From: a virus
Taxonomy: Duplodnaviria; Caudoviricetes
Reading direction: 5' to 3' (one strand)
IMG/VR virus record: IMGVR_UViG_3300025087_000034
DNA length: 64,000 nucleotides
Shown here: positions 19,766-29,927 of the stretch, piece after piece
How the letters are laid out: each line of letters opens with the position of its first letter
Numbering within the stretch: the stretch's first letter is position 1
Position numbers and translations under genes: made by a program
Notes under the pieces: model-generated
What the model was told of the DNA's origin: nothing
Database searches by the model: none
The model's input: the letters and a program-made list of their open reading frames with translations, nothing else

Positions 19766-22700
19766 TGCGAGTACTTCCAAATATAGTTAATATACTTAAA
19801 AATGCGAGTATTAGAAACTGTGTGTCGTGTATGCACGATAACAAGAAAGGCTACTCTGTTGTTTGGAATACCAACAATGATTTAAATGGTTATTCATCTG
19901 TGGGGGGTGTCGTTTCACATACTGTTTGGGACGGTGTTTATTTTGGCGTTTCTGTTTCTGGTTCTTGTTATATAGAAAGCCCAGATACTCTTGATATAAA
20001 TGGTTCATACTATACACAGTTTAAAGCAGACTATAGGGTTGATTCTGGTAACAAAATAGTATCATCGTTATCTGGTAAGGTGCAGTTTAAGACTAATAGG
20101 GAACAGTATTGGTCAGAAGAAAAGTCTCTATATTTTGATGCTTATACAGATAATGCCTATCACGAGCATGTTGTTGATATGTCTATGCATGCTAAGTGGA
20201 ATGGCACTATAACCGCTTTAAGGTTCTACCCGTTTATCGATGGTGTAAGTGGTTTAAAATTTCATTTACGTGAGTTAGGGGTAGATTCTAGTAATAGGTA
20301 TTATTGTGATACAGGTAGTAGCGATGATGTTTGTGATAAGTATTTTGAGTACTCACACCCCTGTCCTTGGACAGGCAGTCCCGGGTACGCCTTAGCCAGT
20401 ACTGTAACGGGCACACTAACTATATACGAAGGTGTGAATGATACCTTATTGGTTGACATAGATGACTATGGATATCACTCTGTTAAAATAGGATCTGGGG
20501 TTAATAGGGAACTTAGTAGTATAGCTTGCGATATAGAGGAGAAGTTGAACTTAATTGGTGTTGGTGGGTACGCATATGCTAGGTGTTATGTAGATGAAAG
20601 CAGGTTAATAGTAGAGTCTGATTGGCGGAATAGTTCTTCTAGGGTAGTAATAGGTGTTCCAGAAGAGGGCTCTGCTTGTGTCGTCCTAGGTTTTTTTGGT
20701 GCCACAGGCGCTCCTTTATATACTAGTTTTTATGGTACAGATAAGGCTAGTGGGTACGAGGCTCCTTCTGTCCTAGTCTCTCCGTCCTCTTTGTCTTATT
20801 TAAAAAGCGCGGATAGGTCTAGTGCCGAAAGTTCTTTTAGTATTACTGGAAATGACTATTCTGTTTATGGGGGGAATAAGGATTATAAAAATTTTTCGCG
20901 CGACACAAAAATAATCTTTAGAAATCAAACTATAATAGACTACTGTAATCCTATAATAAGAACAGGAAAATTAAAGTTTTTAGGGTACAGTGGGGATAGG
21001 TATAACAATACAGAATTAAGAATATATAGAGAAAAAGTTGACGGTTCAATTTCTTTAGTAGGAAGTGTTTCTGTTCCTAGCTCTGCTGATGAGCTTGATA
21101 GGGTTTTTGAACTTGATATAGACCTTGACGTAAAGAAGGGTGACTTGGTTTCTTTATATAGTGCGGGTTTGCATTTAGGGGCAGAGACAGAAAAAGGGGA
21201 CTTTTCGTACTATCTTTATGATTATGACCTAGGAAGCCTTAACGAACACGTGGAGTATTTATCTGGAGCAGGGGAGGCGGGGCTACCCTTATATGTCAGG
21301 GGGTCTAGAGTAGCCTCTGAGGCTGTTATAGACATCATTTTTGATGAGGTTTTACCTGTGGAGTCTCTGGTTGTGTCTGCGGAGCACGAAGGCGTGTCTG
21401 AAGATATAAACCTGTGCACCTTGAGGGCAGGTGGTAACAATGGGGGGCCTTATTTAACTGGCTATACTGGTTTAGACATAGAGGGCAACCAGGCCCCCAC
21501 TTTAGTTAATATTGATTCTATAATAGACGGGGTTAAGCAGGACGTTAATACTGTTTCCACTTATTGTTACCCAGGCTGGCTAGATTTAGGACTTCCTGCC
21601 CAGGAAGATTATTATTATACTCCTTTTAGTGTGGCCATAGATTTCATTAAGGGTATAGATGTATTTTTTGATGTTTATAAGATAAAGCTTTATTTTGTAG
21701 ATAAGAAAAACATAAAGAGCTTTAGAATAGAGGTACCCTTTAGTTTTGATGCTAATGATGAAAACAAAATATGGGGGATAGGGTTTCCTACTTATAATGA
21801 AGTCTATACAGAGCTTGGGTTGATGGATAGTGAATATATCTATCTCTATAATAATCCAGCTATATTAGTTGCAAATGATTATCAGGTAGCTTACTCGCAT
21901 CTTGATTATAGGTATTTAGAGTTAGTTTTGGAGCCATATAAAACGAAGGCGATTCGCTATAATGCTTCTTTAGAGGGGTATTTTGTAGAGGACCCCCTAC
22001 AGTTAGACTACTCTGGTTTTCCTATAGCGCCAAGCCCAAAAATTCAAGAAATAGAAGTATATGCCAAGTCTATACCTGAGAATAGCATATCATCATATTT
22101 TAGTGTAGAGACCTCTAAAGATGGCACCATATATTTGGGGCATAATGACATAGACACAGTGTCTTCAACACGGGCTTCTTATACTGTGGGTAGGCCAACA
22201 AGATATTTAAGATTAAATATAAAGGCGAAAACACCCCTTAAGGTTTTTGATATTTATGGTATCTTAAGTGAGGGTCTTGTTGAACTTAATTCTAACAATT
22301 CACATTGTTTGAGTTTAAACCCGCCCCTAGATTTACCTGGGTCTTCTGTAGAAAAGGTAACTGTAACCAATGACAGTAGTAGTGTGTCCGATTTTTATGT
22401 AGATATATTGGAAGATAGGTCTTCAAGAGAGCTTTGTGTATTATGGAATAAGCTAGATTCAGATACTAGTGTCCAATATAGCGAGATTGGGCCGGGGGGT
22501 ATTGTTCATCGTAGACAGCCTTTTTATCTTAGAGCATATAACTATGCTTATAGGTGTCCAGGATATTTTTTGGATAAGTATTTTTTACGTGATACTAACT
22601 CTTATCTTAGCCAGGATGGAGGGCTTTCTTGGTCTAATATTGGTACTATTGTAACTGATGGCCAGAACTCTACTTATATAACAAATGAATACGAGTTGTA

Positions 22701-24795
22701 TCATCAGTATAACACCATGTATGTGGCGATTCCTCTAGGGGATAGGTATAATGTAAGCGGTGTTTCTTTTGAGGCCCCTGTTGATGCACCTGTTTTTGAC
22801 GGTTCTGTTTTATACTCTGATTTAGATACTACTAATCCAGGCTCTATACCATTTGAGGTCGGTGTACCACATGCTTGGTCTGTTTCTTATTCTGTTTCTG
22901 CTAGGTGGGTTTTAGTTCAGGTTGTTGGTACATATATAGGAAATCCAAACGCTAAATATTTATCTAACGTTGGTGTTTCTCTTAATTTGTCTAGTATAAC
23001 AAATAGGGGAAAGCTTCCTTGGGTTTCCGCCGGCGGGTATCTTACAAATGGGGTGTCAGGGTATGTAGGGGACGAAGGTGAGGTTGCCGAGGGGTGGATA
23101 AGCGATGGAGAGGCAGAATACTTTTGTGTGGACCTGCAATGGTTTCATAATGTTTCTAATGTTATTGTCGGTCCGTTTGGTGCCCTAATTAGTAGCGTTG
23201 ATGATATCGATTCTGTGGTCGCGGGTGAGTGGCCTAGTATTGTAGACGAGAACGGTACCGGTATAAACGTTGCATACTCCTCGTCCCCTGTTAATGAGCC
23301 TAGCAAGGTTACCTGGGGTTCTTTTGGCGGGGCTCCTCCTATGGATACTAAGTGGGTGTTGGTTAAGACTGCTACCAGAGTGGAGGAGATTATTGTCCAT
23401 GTAAATAGCAACGACCAGGGTACAAAGAAGCCTTTTCTTAATAGCTCTTGGTGTAGTTGTACTACGTTGGTTCCTTACACAGATGTTGTGAATACTCGTT
23501 CCAATGGTGTATCTGTGGGGGTTGTGTGTCCAGGGGGCCATGGACTTATGGAAACCTTTAGTTTGAAACAAAGTTTTGGCATAGACGCGGAATTATCCCC
23601 TAGGGATTCCCTAGTCTTTTGGTTCTATGTTTCAGATGTTTCTGAACTGGATTTTTCTGTTGGGTACTTTAGGGTTGGTAGGTCTGTTACACAGGATAAT
23701 AGCCCTATAGATATAAACTTAACTTCCGACACTAATTCTTATTATGAGTGGCCTTTGTCTTTATTGGGGAGTTCTTTGTTAGACGGGTGGAATGTTGTTA
23801 ACTTACCATTTTCTGATAACTACAGGGTTGGGGACCTATACTTTACTAGGGATGACAGGGCCAGGTCTGGGTATACAAATAAAAGGGACAGAATAATCTA
23901 TATAGACTTAGTTTTTTCTGGTGTTTCTGACAACGATGAATTTACAATTCTGTTTGATGACTTTAGAATTGCTAGGAGGTATTATTCTAGCGGGGAATTT
24001 GGGTATGGGGTGTATATTCCGTATCAAGAGCACATAAAGTTTCCGTTGGGAGATTTTGACCCAACAAAAGGTACCATAGAGTTTTATTTGAAGTCAGATT
24101 GGAATCGTACTGTTTTGTGTAACTCGTGTGATTCTCCTGTTGACCATTCTCTGCTTAGAGTTTTTAGTTCTGAAGATTCTTCACTGTTTTTTCTATATGC
24201 TTCACAGGACGGGCTTTGTTTTTATGTGACAGACGGATCCAGGGAGTTTGTGTTGTCTGACAATTCTTTGAATGGGTTTCTTTCCGATACTCCTGTTCAT
24301 ATTGCTATAGTGTGGGACTTTGGTAGTAGGTACGGTAATATAGCTTCTGGTATTTATGTTAATAATATTCTTAACACTTATTTAAATTATTCTTATTTAT
24401 ATACTGTGGGTGAGTTGCCTATATTTTCGCAGAGGTCGTCTTATAGTTTGATTCTTGGTGGTCGTGGCACAGAAATGTTGGTTTCTTCTATGGGGTCTTC
24501 TGCAGACTCTGTTTTTGAGAACATAAAGGTTTATAACTACCCTATTTTTGACCATTCTTATTCTATGTCTAACCAGGGGGTTCTTATACCTAAAAGATCA
24601 CATGAGTTAGTGGAAGTTTCTCTAGACGGGGTAAATTTTATGGATTATTCAGATAGAGGGAATGGAATTCCTTTGGTTGTAGAAAACGTCAGTGTGGGTT
24701 CTTCTTTTGATGTTTTTGTTAGGGCTAAGGATATAAGTTTGACTAGAGAAAAACAATTTAATAGAAAAAGTACCCTTTCAATTTCGAGGTCTTAG
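19765..24795 (+). CDS. Large putative virion protein (1676 aa): N-terminal carbohydrate-binding jelly-roll, C-terminal LamG/ConA-like domain
   Basis: GTG start overlaps the upstream TAG (TAGTG). N-terminal KWNGTITALRFYP. C-terminal FDPTKGTIEFYLKSDW...PVHIAIVWD...IYVNN...FENIKVYNYP. Confidence 0.6.
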   Translation: MRVLPNIVNILKNASIRNCVSCMHDNKKGYSVVWNTNNDLNGYSSVGGVVSHTVWDGVYFGVSVSGSCYIESPDTLDINGSYYTQFKADYRVDSGNKIVSSLSGKVQFKTNREQYWSEEKSLYFDAYTDNAYHEHVVDMSMHAKWNGTITALRFYPFIDGVSGLKFHLRELGVDSSNRYYCDTGSSDDVCDKYFEYSHPCPWTGSPGYALASTVTGTLTIYEGVNDTLLVDIDDYGYHSVKIGSGVNRELSSIACDIEEKLNLIGVGGYAYARCYVDESRLIVESDWRNSSSRVVIGVPEEGSACVVLGFFGATGAPLYTSFYGTDKASGYEAPSVLVSPSSLSYLKSADRSSAESSFSITGNDYSVYGGNKDYKNFSRDTKIIFRNQTIIDYCNPIIRTGKLKFLGYSGDRYNNTELRIYREKVDGSISLVGSVSVPSSADELDRVFELDIDLDVKKGDLVSLYSAGLHLGAETEKGDFSYYLYDYDLGSLNEHVEYLSGAGEAGLPLYVRGSRVASEAVIDIIFDEVLPVESLVVSAEHEGVSEDINLCTLRAGGNNGGPYLTGYTGLDIEGNQAPTLVNIDSIIDGVKQDVNTVSTYCYPGWLDLGLPAQEDYYYTPFSVAIDFIKGIDVFFDVYKIKLYFVDKKNIKSFRIEVPFSFDANDENKIWGIGFPTYNEVYTELGLMDSEYIYLYNNPAILVANDYQVAYSHLDYRYLELVLEPYKTKAIRYNASLEGYFVEDPLQLDYSGFPIAPSPKIQEIEVYAKSIPENSISSYFSVETSKDGTIYLGHNDIDTVSSTRASYTVGRPTRYLRLNIKAKTPLKVFDIYGILSEGLVELNSNNSHCLSLNPPLDLPGSSVEKVTVTNDSSSVSDFYVDILEDRSSRELCVLWNKLDSDTSVQYSEIGPGGIVHRRQPFYLRAYNYAYRCPGYFLDKYFLRDTNSYLSQDGGLSWSNIGTIVTDGQNSTYITNEYELYHQYNTMYVAIPLGDRYNVSGVSFEAPVDAPVFDGSVLYSDLDTTNPGSIPFEVGVPHAWSVSYSVSARWVLVQVVGTYIGNPNAKYLSNVGVSLNLSSITNRGKLPWVSAGGYLTNGVSGYVGDEGEVAEGWISDGEAEYFCVDLQWFHNVSNVIVGPFGALISSVDDIDSVVAGEWPSIVDENGTGINVAYSSSPVNEPSKVTWGSFGGAPPMDTKWVLVKTATRVEEIIVHVNSNDQGTKKPFLNSSWCSCTTLVPYTDVVNTRSNGVSVGVVCPGGHGLMETFSLKQSFGIDAELSPRDSLVFWFYVSDVSELDFSVGYFRVGRSVTQDNSPIDINLTSDTNSYYEWPLSLLGSSLLDGWNVVNLPFSDNYRVGDLYFTRDDRARSGYTNKRDRIIYIDLVFSGVSDNDEFTILFDDFRIARRYYSSGEFGYGVYIPYQEHIKFPLGDFDPTKGTIEFYLKSDWNRTVLCNSCDSPVDHSLLRVFSSEDSSLFFLYASQDGLCFYVTDGSREFVLSDNSLNGFLSDTPVHIAIVWDFGSRYGNIASGIYVNNILNTYLNYSYLYTVGELPIFSQRSSYSLILGGRGTEMLVSSMGSSADSVFENIKVYNYPIFDHSYSMSNQGVLIPKRSHELVEVSLDGVNFMDYSDRGNGIPLVVENVSVGSSFDVFVRAKDISLTREKQFNRKSTLSISRS

Positions 24796-27700
24796 TGGTA
24801 AGCCAAACAGGTTATAACATAGTAAAGGAAGGAGACTTATATAATTCAGAGATTGCTACGTATTTTGTCTCTGTTTCTGGCTTAAGGTTTCTCTATGTTA
24901 ACCCATCAGAGGCGGTTTCGTTTGTAGTACCACAGGGCCGCGTATCCTCTTTAGACATAGTTTTTGGGGAATACTTTGATATAGACAATATAAAATGTTA
25001 CCTTTCTCCAATAAACTTGGGGGATATTAGTATAAGCTATGGCATCGAGTCTCCTTTAGAAAGCAGTGCTACAATATCTTCGTCCGGTACTTTTATTTAT
25101 GCAGATATAAAAAACGCCGTTGGTTTTTGTAGGATAACGTGCTCGGGTTCTGTTGACACCTCTGTTAGTAGCTTATTTGTTGAGGGTGTTCGTAACGAGT
25201 CTATGTATTTTGGTGTTCAGAATGCCCCTATCAGTATAACTAGTATAGGAAATTCCCCTATTGGGTATTATGGTTCTGCTTCTGAGATTTCTATATATAA
25301 TAAAGATAAGGCGTCCTCAAAGGCCCTGGTAGCCGTTGCTCCTACAGGGACCTATATAGATGAGTATTTGTATTTGGGGACTACCTCTTCTGGTCAGTTC
25401 TATGGTATAAACCAGCTGGGTATAACACAGCCTTCTTTTGATAAAATATTGACTACTCAGGATAGTTTCGTCTATTCCGACGAGTCAGGCCTTGTGAATT
25501 TGTGGGACATTGTTTCCACCTCCAGCTCGTATTTTACTGTAAATTCCGACAGCCTGTCTTTTGTGGCTTCTTTTATTAATGCCGATATACATGTGGCCAG
25601 GCCAGCTCATGGGTATAATGAGTCTAGTGTCTTAGGTTTAGTATGTAAGGATACTTTTACTACAGATCAAAGTTTTGTTGCCTCATTAAAGATAAAATTT
25701 ACTGATTCTTCTTTCGATTCTTATGATAAGTCTTGGGTTTATAAACCTAATAAATTTTTATTTGGTTTTACTAATAGCTTTCCTATTCAGGAGCCCTTGC
25801 TATCCTACTCGTCTTTAGACCAGGGGTCGTATTCTAGACAGGGAGGAAGTTTAGCCGCTGTTTGGGTTGGTGCTGACAATAAAGAGCAGGGTACCCTATA
25901 TGTTGGCGCGGCTGCTAATGATGGGGATTTTTCTAGTAATAATATACTTAGTTCTTTTGATGAAGTAAGAACTGTTCATAATGGTCACAGTATACTCTCT
26001 GCCTATAGTTTGGAAAGTATTTCTGAGTTTGTTCTTTATGAAGAAAATTATACAGACGGAACTTTGCAGGCTCCGTGGAGGACATTGAAGGTTTCGTATG
26101 ATCACCTTAGTGGCAAGGCAGTGTTCTTGTTCGACGGGGTTATTGTTGGGGAATATGTTTTTAGTTCCGGGTCTTTTTTTGAGGGTAGTAGGTTTTTCTT
26201 GTCTTTCGTGGGGTTTGGGGGTGCAGAAGTAGCGGTGAAGGATTTTTTTGTAAGCGTGGATGAGTACTTAACCTTGTATTCAAACCAGTCCTCTGCTACT
26301 GCCTATGGTTCTAAAGATAGCACACAACTACCGTACAAACTTGTGGATGGTTTTTATGACAATAGTAACTATAGCTCTGCTTGGGTTTCCTCTACGGTGC
26401 CCTCTCCTGCCAATTCTTTTTCTGTGTATTTTGGTGGTGTGTATAATGTAGAGGCTGTACGAATAAAGAGGGCCTCTGAAGGTAGCACCATTACTATTTC
26501 AGGCCTTTCTTCTTATACTCCTACGTCATCTGTAAAAACTTTGCAACTTAATTTTGACACAGGGGACCAGCGATACGTTTCTTTTAATAAGGAACCTTTT
26601 CTTATTGACGGGTGGGATATTGGTTATATGTATACAGTGTTCGGGGAAAGGTCTCCTGTTTTGGGGGCCTCATCTGTTACTGCTAATTTTTATCAGGTTA
26701 ATAGCCTAAGTGGTAATACTGGGTGTTTAGTTATAGACGAAGTAGAGTTTTTTACTGTTTCCGGTATTAGGTCGCTTCCATCTAGTAGTTATATAGATGA
26801 TAGTTATGGTTTTTTTTCCGGCCAAAAAAGAAATCTGTCTAAAACTTCTACCTCTCCAACTATGGTTATGGTAAGTAAAGATTTATACGATGTGTCTACT
26901 AATGAAATGTGCCATTTATTATTGGAGAATCGAGATTACGGGGGATCTTCTTTGGTATTTAACAATGACGACCCTTGGAAATATATAAATAGGACCTATG
27001 CAGAGTCTGTATTTAAGCGTGATGGAAGGGGCAGTGAGTGGGTGTTTTGTAGTGTAGAGGGCAATACAGCTTATATATGGAGACAGTTTGAGGAAGTTGT
27101 AGATTTAGGGGCCTTTTTTGTTAATTTTGTAAACTCTTCTAGTGATTATGGGTTGGGGTTTTCTGGAAGGCCCGATAGTTGGAAACTACAGTTTTTAAGA
27201 ATAGGAGGTGACCCGCTAACAGATAGTGACTGGATTAACATACCACCAGTTTCGACTTCGTATCACAGTGTCTCTGATTACAAAACCTATAGGGATAGGT
27301 TAGTTTCTAATAATGACGGAGAATACTATACTCTGTATTTGAACGCATTTGATGGTCTTGGCACAAGTGTGTCCCTTCCTTCGGATTTATTGTGTCGTCT
27401 TAATAGGGATAATAAGCAGACGTATTTATATAGTACAAGCGCAGAATTTTCTGCTTACGTCGAGTTTGATAGTGAGATAAGAACACAAGGTATTAGATTG
27501 TATATATCATATGGTTACACAACGACCAGCAGGGCAGTAGTTGCTTCGGGTTATTCTATGACAGGGTTTGTGGTTTATAGTAGCATGGCTGTTGGTTCGT
27601 ATACGTCCCCTATTTTTGATTTGGGTGGTAAACAAAATACGGAGAGGGTATTTGTTGATACTGTGCACAACGAAGGTAGCTCCTATATAATGTATAGGGC

Positions 27701-29927
27701 GGGGCCTGTTCCTCCAGAGTATAGTTATGATCCCAACTATGAGGAGTGGGAGGACCTGGGCTCTTCGTATGCCGGACTTTCTGAGTACTCTTCGGATCCT
27801 CTACGAGACGGCTTTGCTATGGTTTCTTATGGTAATTATATTTGTTTTATTGGTTGTACTAGCCCAGACGGTGAGGTGTATAGATATAATACCATTACTA
27901 AAAAGTGGGGAGTCGGTTTTTATATGCCAGAGGATGGTGGCGGCGTTGTATTGTCCCCTGATTTTAGAACAAGGAACAGTGTTGTTAACACAGGTTCCGT
28001 TATTCTTATGGCGGAAGGAACCGATGGTGGAGAGGGACTATATACTTCAGGTATTTATAAGTATAATCTAGTAGCTAATGAGTATGGGTATGATGGTTGG
28101 GAAGCTTTTCCTTCTCAACGTCAGGCCTCTGCATATTATGCGGGAATGGCCTATGACGGGGCTAACAAGTTGTATTTTGTTGGTAGGGATGGTACTATTA
28201 CTGTTTTTGATAGTCTTACTGGTGTAATAAATACAGAAGGAAGAGCAGAGGCGCCTCTTCATGGCCTTTCTTCTAGGGACTATTTTATACCAACTATTGT
28301 GGAAAATAGGCTGTTTGTTATAGGAGGCCATGCAGTAGGGTCTAGTGACTACTCTGATTCAGTAGCGACTGTAGATATTTATGATATCACAAATAACACT
28401 TGGTCTGAGGGTACGTCTGCTCCCTATAAACTCCCAACTTCTTGGTGTATTTTTTATAGTCCATATATATATGTTTTTCCATACGCACCTATGGGTTCTC
28501 ACTATAGCCCGTTCCTTAAATATGATATCTACGCGGACGAATGGACGGAGGTTGTTTCGTTGGGGTATAATCGTGCCACCCAGTTTCTTTATAATAATGA
28601 CGTGGTTGTTGGAAATAATCATTCACACGCATACTGTCTTTGTGGGGACTATATATATGGCTACAACTCTTTGTACGGGGATTTTAGAAGAGTAAAGGTT
28701 GGAAAGGAGGGGTGGGTTTCAGGGAAATTGCCGGATAAGGACTCTCATGAGTGGGGTGTTTTGGGTGGTATTCCTTGGGTAGAGTGTGCTATCAGTGGCG
28801 AAGTTATGCCTCAGGATAGGTATGCTCAATATAAAGCAGTGTTATCTTGTGAAGAGGGGTTACCAGGACCCTCCCTTAGATCTTCGTGTATTGTTAAGCC
28901 TCTTTCTATTGACGTTTCTATTAGTGGTACCACGAGTGTATTTGTAAAAACCGGAGTGTCCACTGAGTATGATGCAGAGGTTTGGTATGCTGGTAAGAGG
29001 TATAGGGACGTTGGTAGCACTACTGTATATTCCTCAATAATTTATGGTATTACTTCTGATAGTTTATCTATCAGTTCTTCTGTTCCTTGCGTAGATATAC
29101 ATACAGATACTATTTCTGGGGTTTTTTGTTATTTTGATCCTTGTGTTGTAAAAGAGGGGGACGATTATACTATGTGGGCTTCTCATGGTTTAGTAAACGG
29201 GGTAGCCACTATTTCCTATTCTAATATACATGTAATGTCTTCTGTGGTTGGGTACGAATGGTCTTCTCCTGTACATAGTATAGGAAGAGGTACTTTATCT
29301 CCGTATGATAGTAGCGGTGTTTATGGCCCCCACGTTGTGCACAATGATATATATGAGGTGTGGTATACGGCCCTTGATTCTTTGGGTGTAGAAAGGGTGC
29401 TAAGAGCCACTAGTATCGACGGTGTAAACTGGTATAATTTTTCACTGGTTCAGGATATTGGTACGGTAGGGCTTCAATATGAAGCAGACTCTAATGGCGC
29501 AGGCTCTCCTTCCGTTATTCTTTTGGAAAGCATATATCATATGTGGTATCATGGTAAGGATGTTTACGGGGTATACAGAATTATACATTGTGTTTCTTCA
29601 GATGGGGTGCTTTGGGGTGACCATGAGGTGGTTATGGTTCCAACAAGTATGGGTACATTGTATACGTACTGTATGAGTCCAAGGGTTGTATACGATAGGG
29701 GTGTGTATAAGATGTGGGTTATAGCTGGAAATGAGGGCAACAAAAGCGTGTATTATGGTGAGTCGGATGAGGGTTCTAGTTGGGGCAGTTTTATTTGTAG
29801 CATTCATAAGGGGGAGAACTATGACTACGACAACTTAGGGGTTGGTACCCCGTCTGTGACATTAAATAGACTATATGAGACACCAAATAGGGTTCTTTTT
29901 GGTAAGTTGAAGTTGTACAATGACTAA
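24795..29927 (+). CDS. Large putative virion protein (1710 aa) with kelch repeats and a C-terminal five-bladed (GH32/43/130-like) beta-propeller
   Basis: TAGTG overlap. Kelch-like YRYNTITKKW, VDIYDITNNTWS and KYDIYADEW. Blade repeats DPCVVKEGDDYTMW, GPHVVHNDIYEVWY, SPSVILLESIYHMWY and SPRVVYDRGVYKMW. Confidence 0.65.
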   Translation: MVSQTGYNIVKEGDLYNSEIATYFVSVSGLRFLYVNPSEAVSFVVPQGRVSSLDIVFGEYFDIDNIKCYLSPINLGDISISYGIESPLESSATISSSGTFIYADIKNAVGFCRITCSGSVDTSVSSLFVEGVRNESMYFGVQNAPISITSIGNSPIGYYGSASEISIYNKDKASSKALVAVAPTGTYIDEYLYLGTTSSGQFYGINQLGITQPSFDKILTTQDSFVYSDESGLVNLWDIVSTSSSYFTVNSDSLSFVASFINADIHVARPAHGYNESSVLGLVCKDTFTTDQSFVASLKIKFTDSSFDSYDKSWVYKPNKFLFGFTNSFPIQEPLLSYSSLDQGSYSRQGGSLAAVWVGADNKEQGTLYVGAAANDGDFSSNNILSSFDEVRTVHNGHSILSAYSLESISEFVLYEENYTDGTLQAPWRTLKVSYDHLSGKAVFLFDGVIVGEYVFSSGSFFEGSRFFLSFVGFGGAEVAVKDFFVSVDEYLTLYSNQSSATAYGSKDSTQLPYKLVDGFYDNSNYSSAWVSSTVPSPANSFSVYFGGVYNVEAVRIKRASEGSTITISGLSSYTPTSSVKTLQLNFDTGDQRYVSFNKEPFLIDGWDIGYMYTVFGERSPVLGASSVTANFYQVNSLSGNTGCLVIDEVEFFTVSGIRSLPSSSYIDDSYGFFSGQKRNLSKTSTSPTMVMVSKDLYDVSTNEMCHLLLENRDYGGSSLVFNNDDPWKYINRTYAESVFKRDGRGSEWVFCSVEGNTAYIWRQFEEVVDLGAFFVNFVNSSSDYGLGFSGRPDSWKLQFLRIGGDPLTDSDWINIPPVSTSYHSVSDYKTYRDRLVSNNDGEYYTLYLNAFDGLGTSVSLPSDLLCRLNRDNKQTYLYSTSAEFSAYVEFDSEIRTQGIRLYISYGYTTTSRAVVASGYSMTGFVVYSSMAVGSYTSPIFDLGGKQNTERVFVDTVHNEGSSYIMYRAGPVPPEYSYDPNYEEWEDLGSSYAGLSEYSSDPLRDGFAMVSYGNYICFIGCTSPDGEVYRYNTITKKWGVGFYMPEDGGGVVLSPDFRTRNSVVNTGSVILMAEGTDGGEGLYTSGIYKYNLVANEYGYDGWEAFPSQRQASAYYAGMAYDGANKLYFVGRDGTITVFDSLTGVINTEGRAEAPLHGLSSRDYFIPTIVENRLFVIGGHAVGSSDYSDSVATVDIYDITNNTWSEGTSAPYKLPTSWCIFYSPYIYVFPYAPMGSHYSPFLKYDIYADEWTEVVSLGYNRATQFLYNNDVVVGNNHSHAYCLCGDYIYGYNSLYGDFRRVKVGKEGWVSGKLPDKDSHEWGVLGGIPWVECAISGEVMPQDRYAQYKAVLSCEEGLPGPSLRSSCIVKPLSIDVSISGTTSVFVKTGVSTEYDAEVWYAGKRYRDVGSTTVYSSIIYGITSDSLSISSSVPCVDIHTDTISGVFCYFDPCVVKEGDDYTMWASHGLVNGVATISYSNIHVMSSVVGYEWSSPVHSIGRGTLSPYDSSGVYGPHVVHNDIYEVWYTALDSLGVERVLRATSIDGVNWYNFSLVQDIGTVGLQYEADSNGAGSPSVILLESIYHMWYHGKDVYGVYRIIHCVSSDGVLWGDHEVVMVPTSMGTLYTYCMSPRVVYDRGVYKMWVIAGNEGNKSVYYGESDEGSSWGSFICSIHKGENYDYDNLGVGTPSVTLNRLYETPNRVLFGKLKLYND

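Noticed and set aside
19763-24797. TAGTG junctions as programmed frameshift fusions of giant ORFs
   Set aside because: No slippery heptamer or evident stimulatory structure. One-base stop/start overlaps are ordinary translational coupling.
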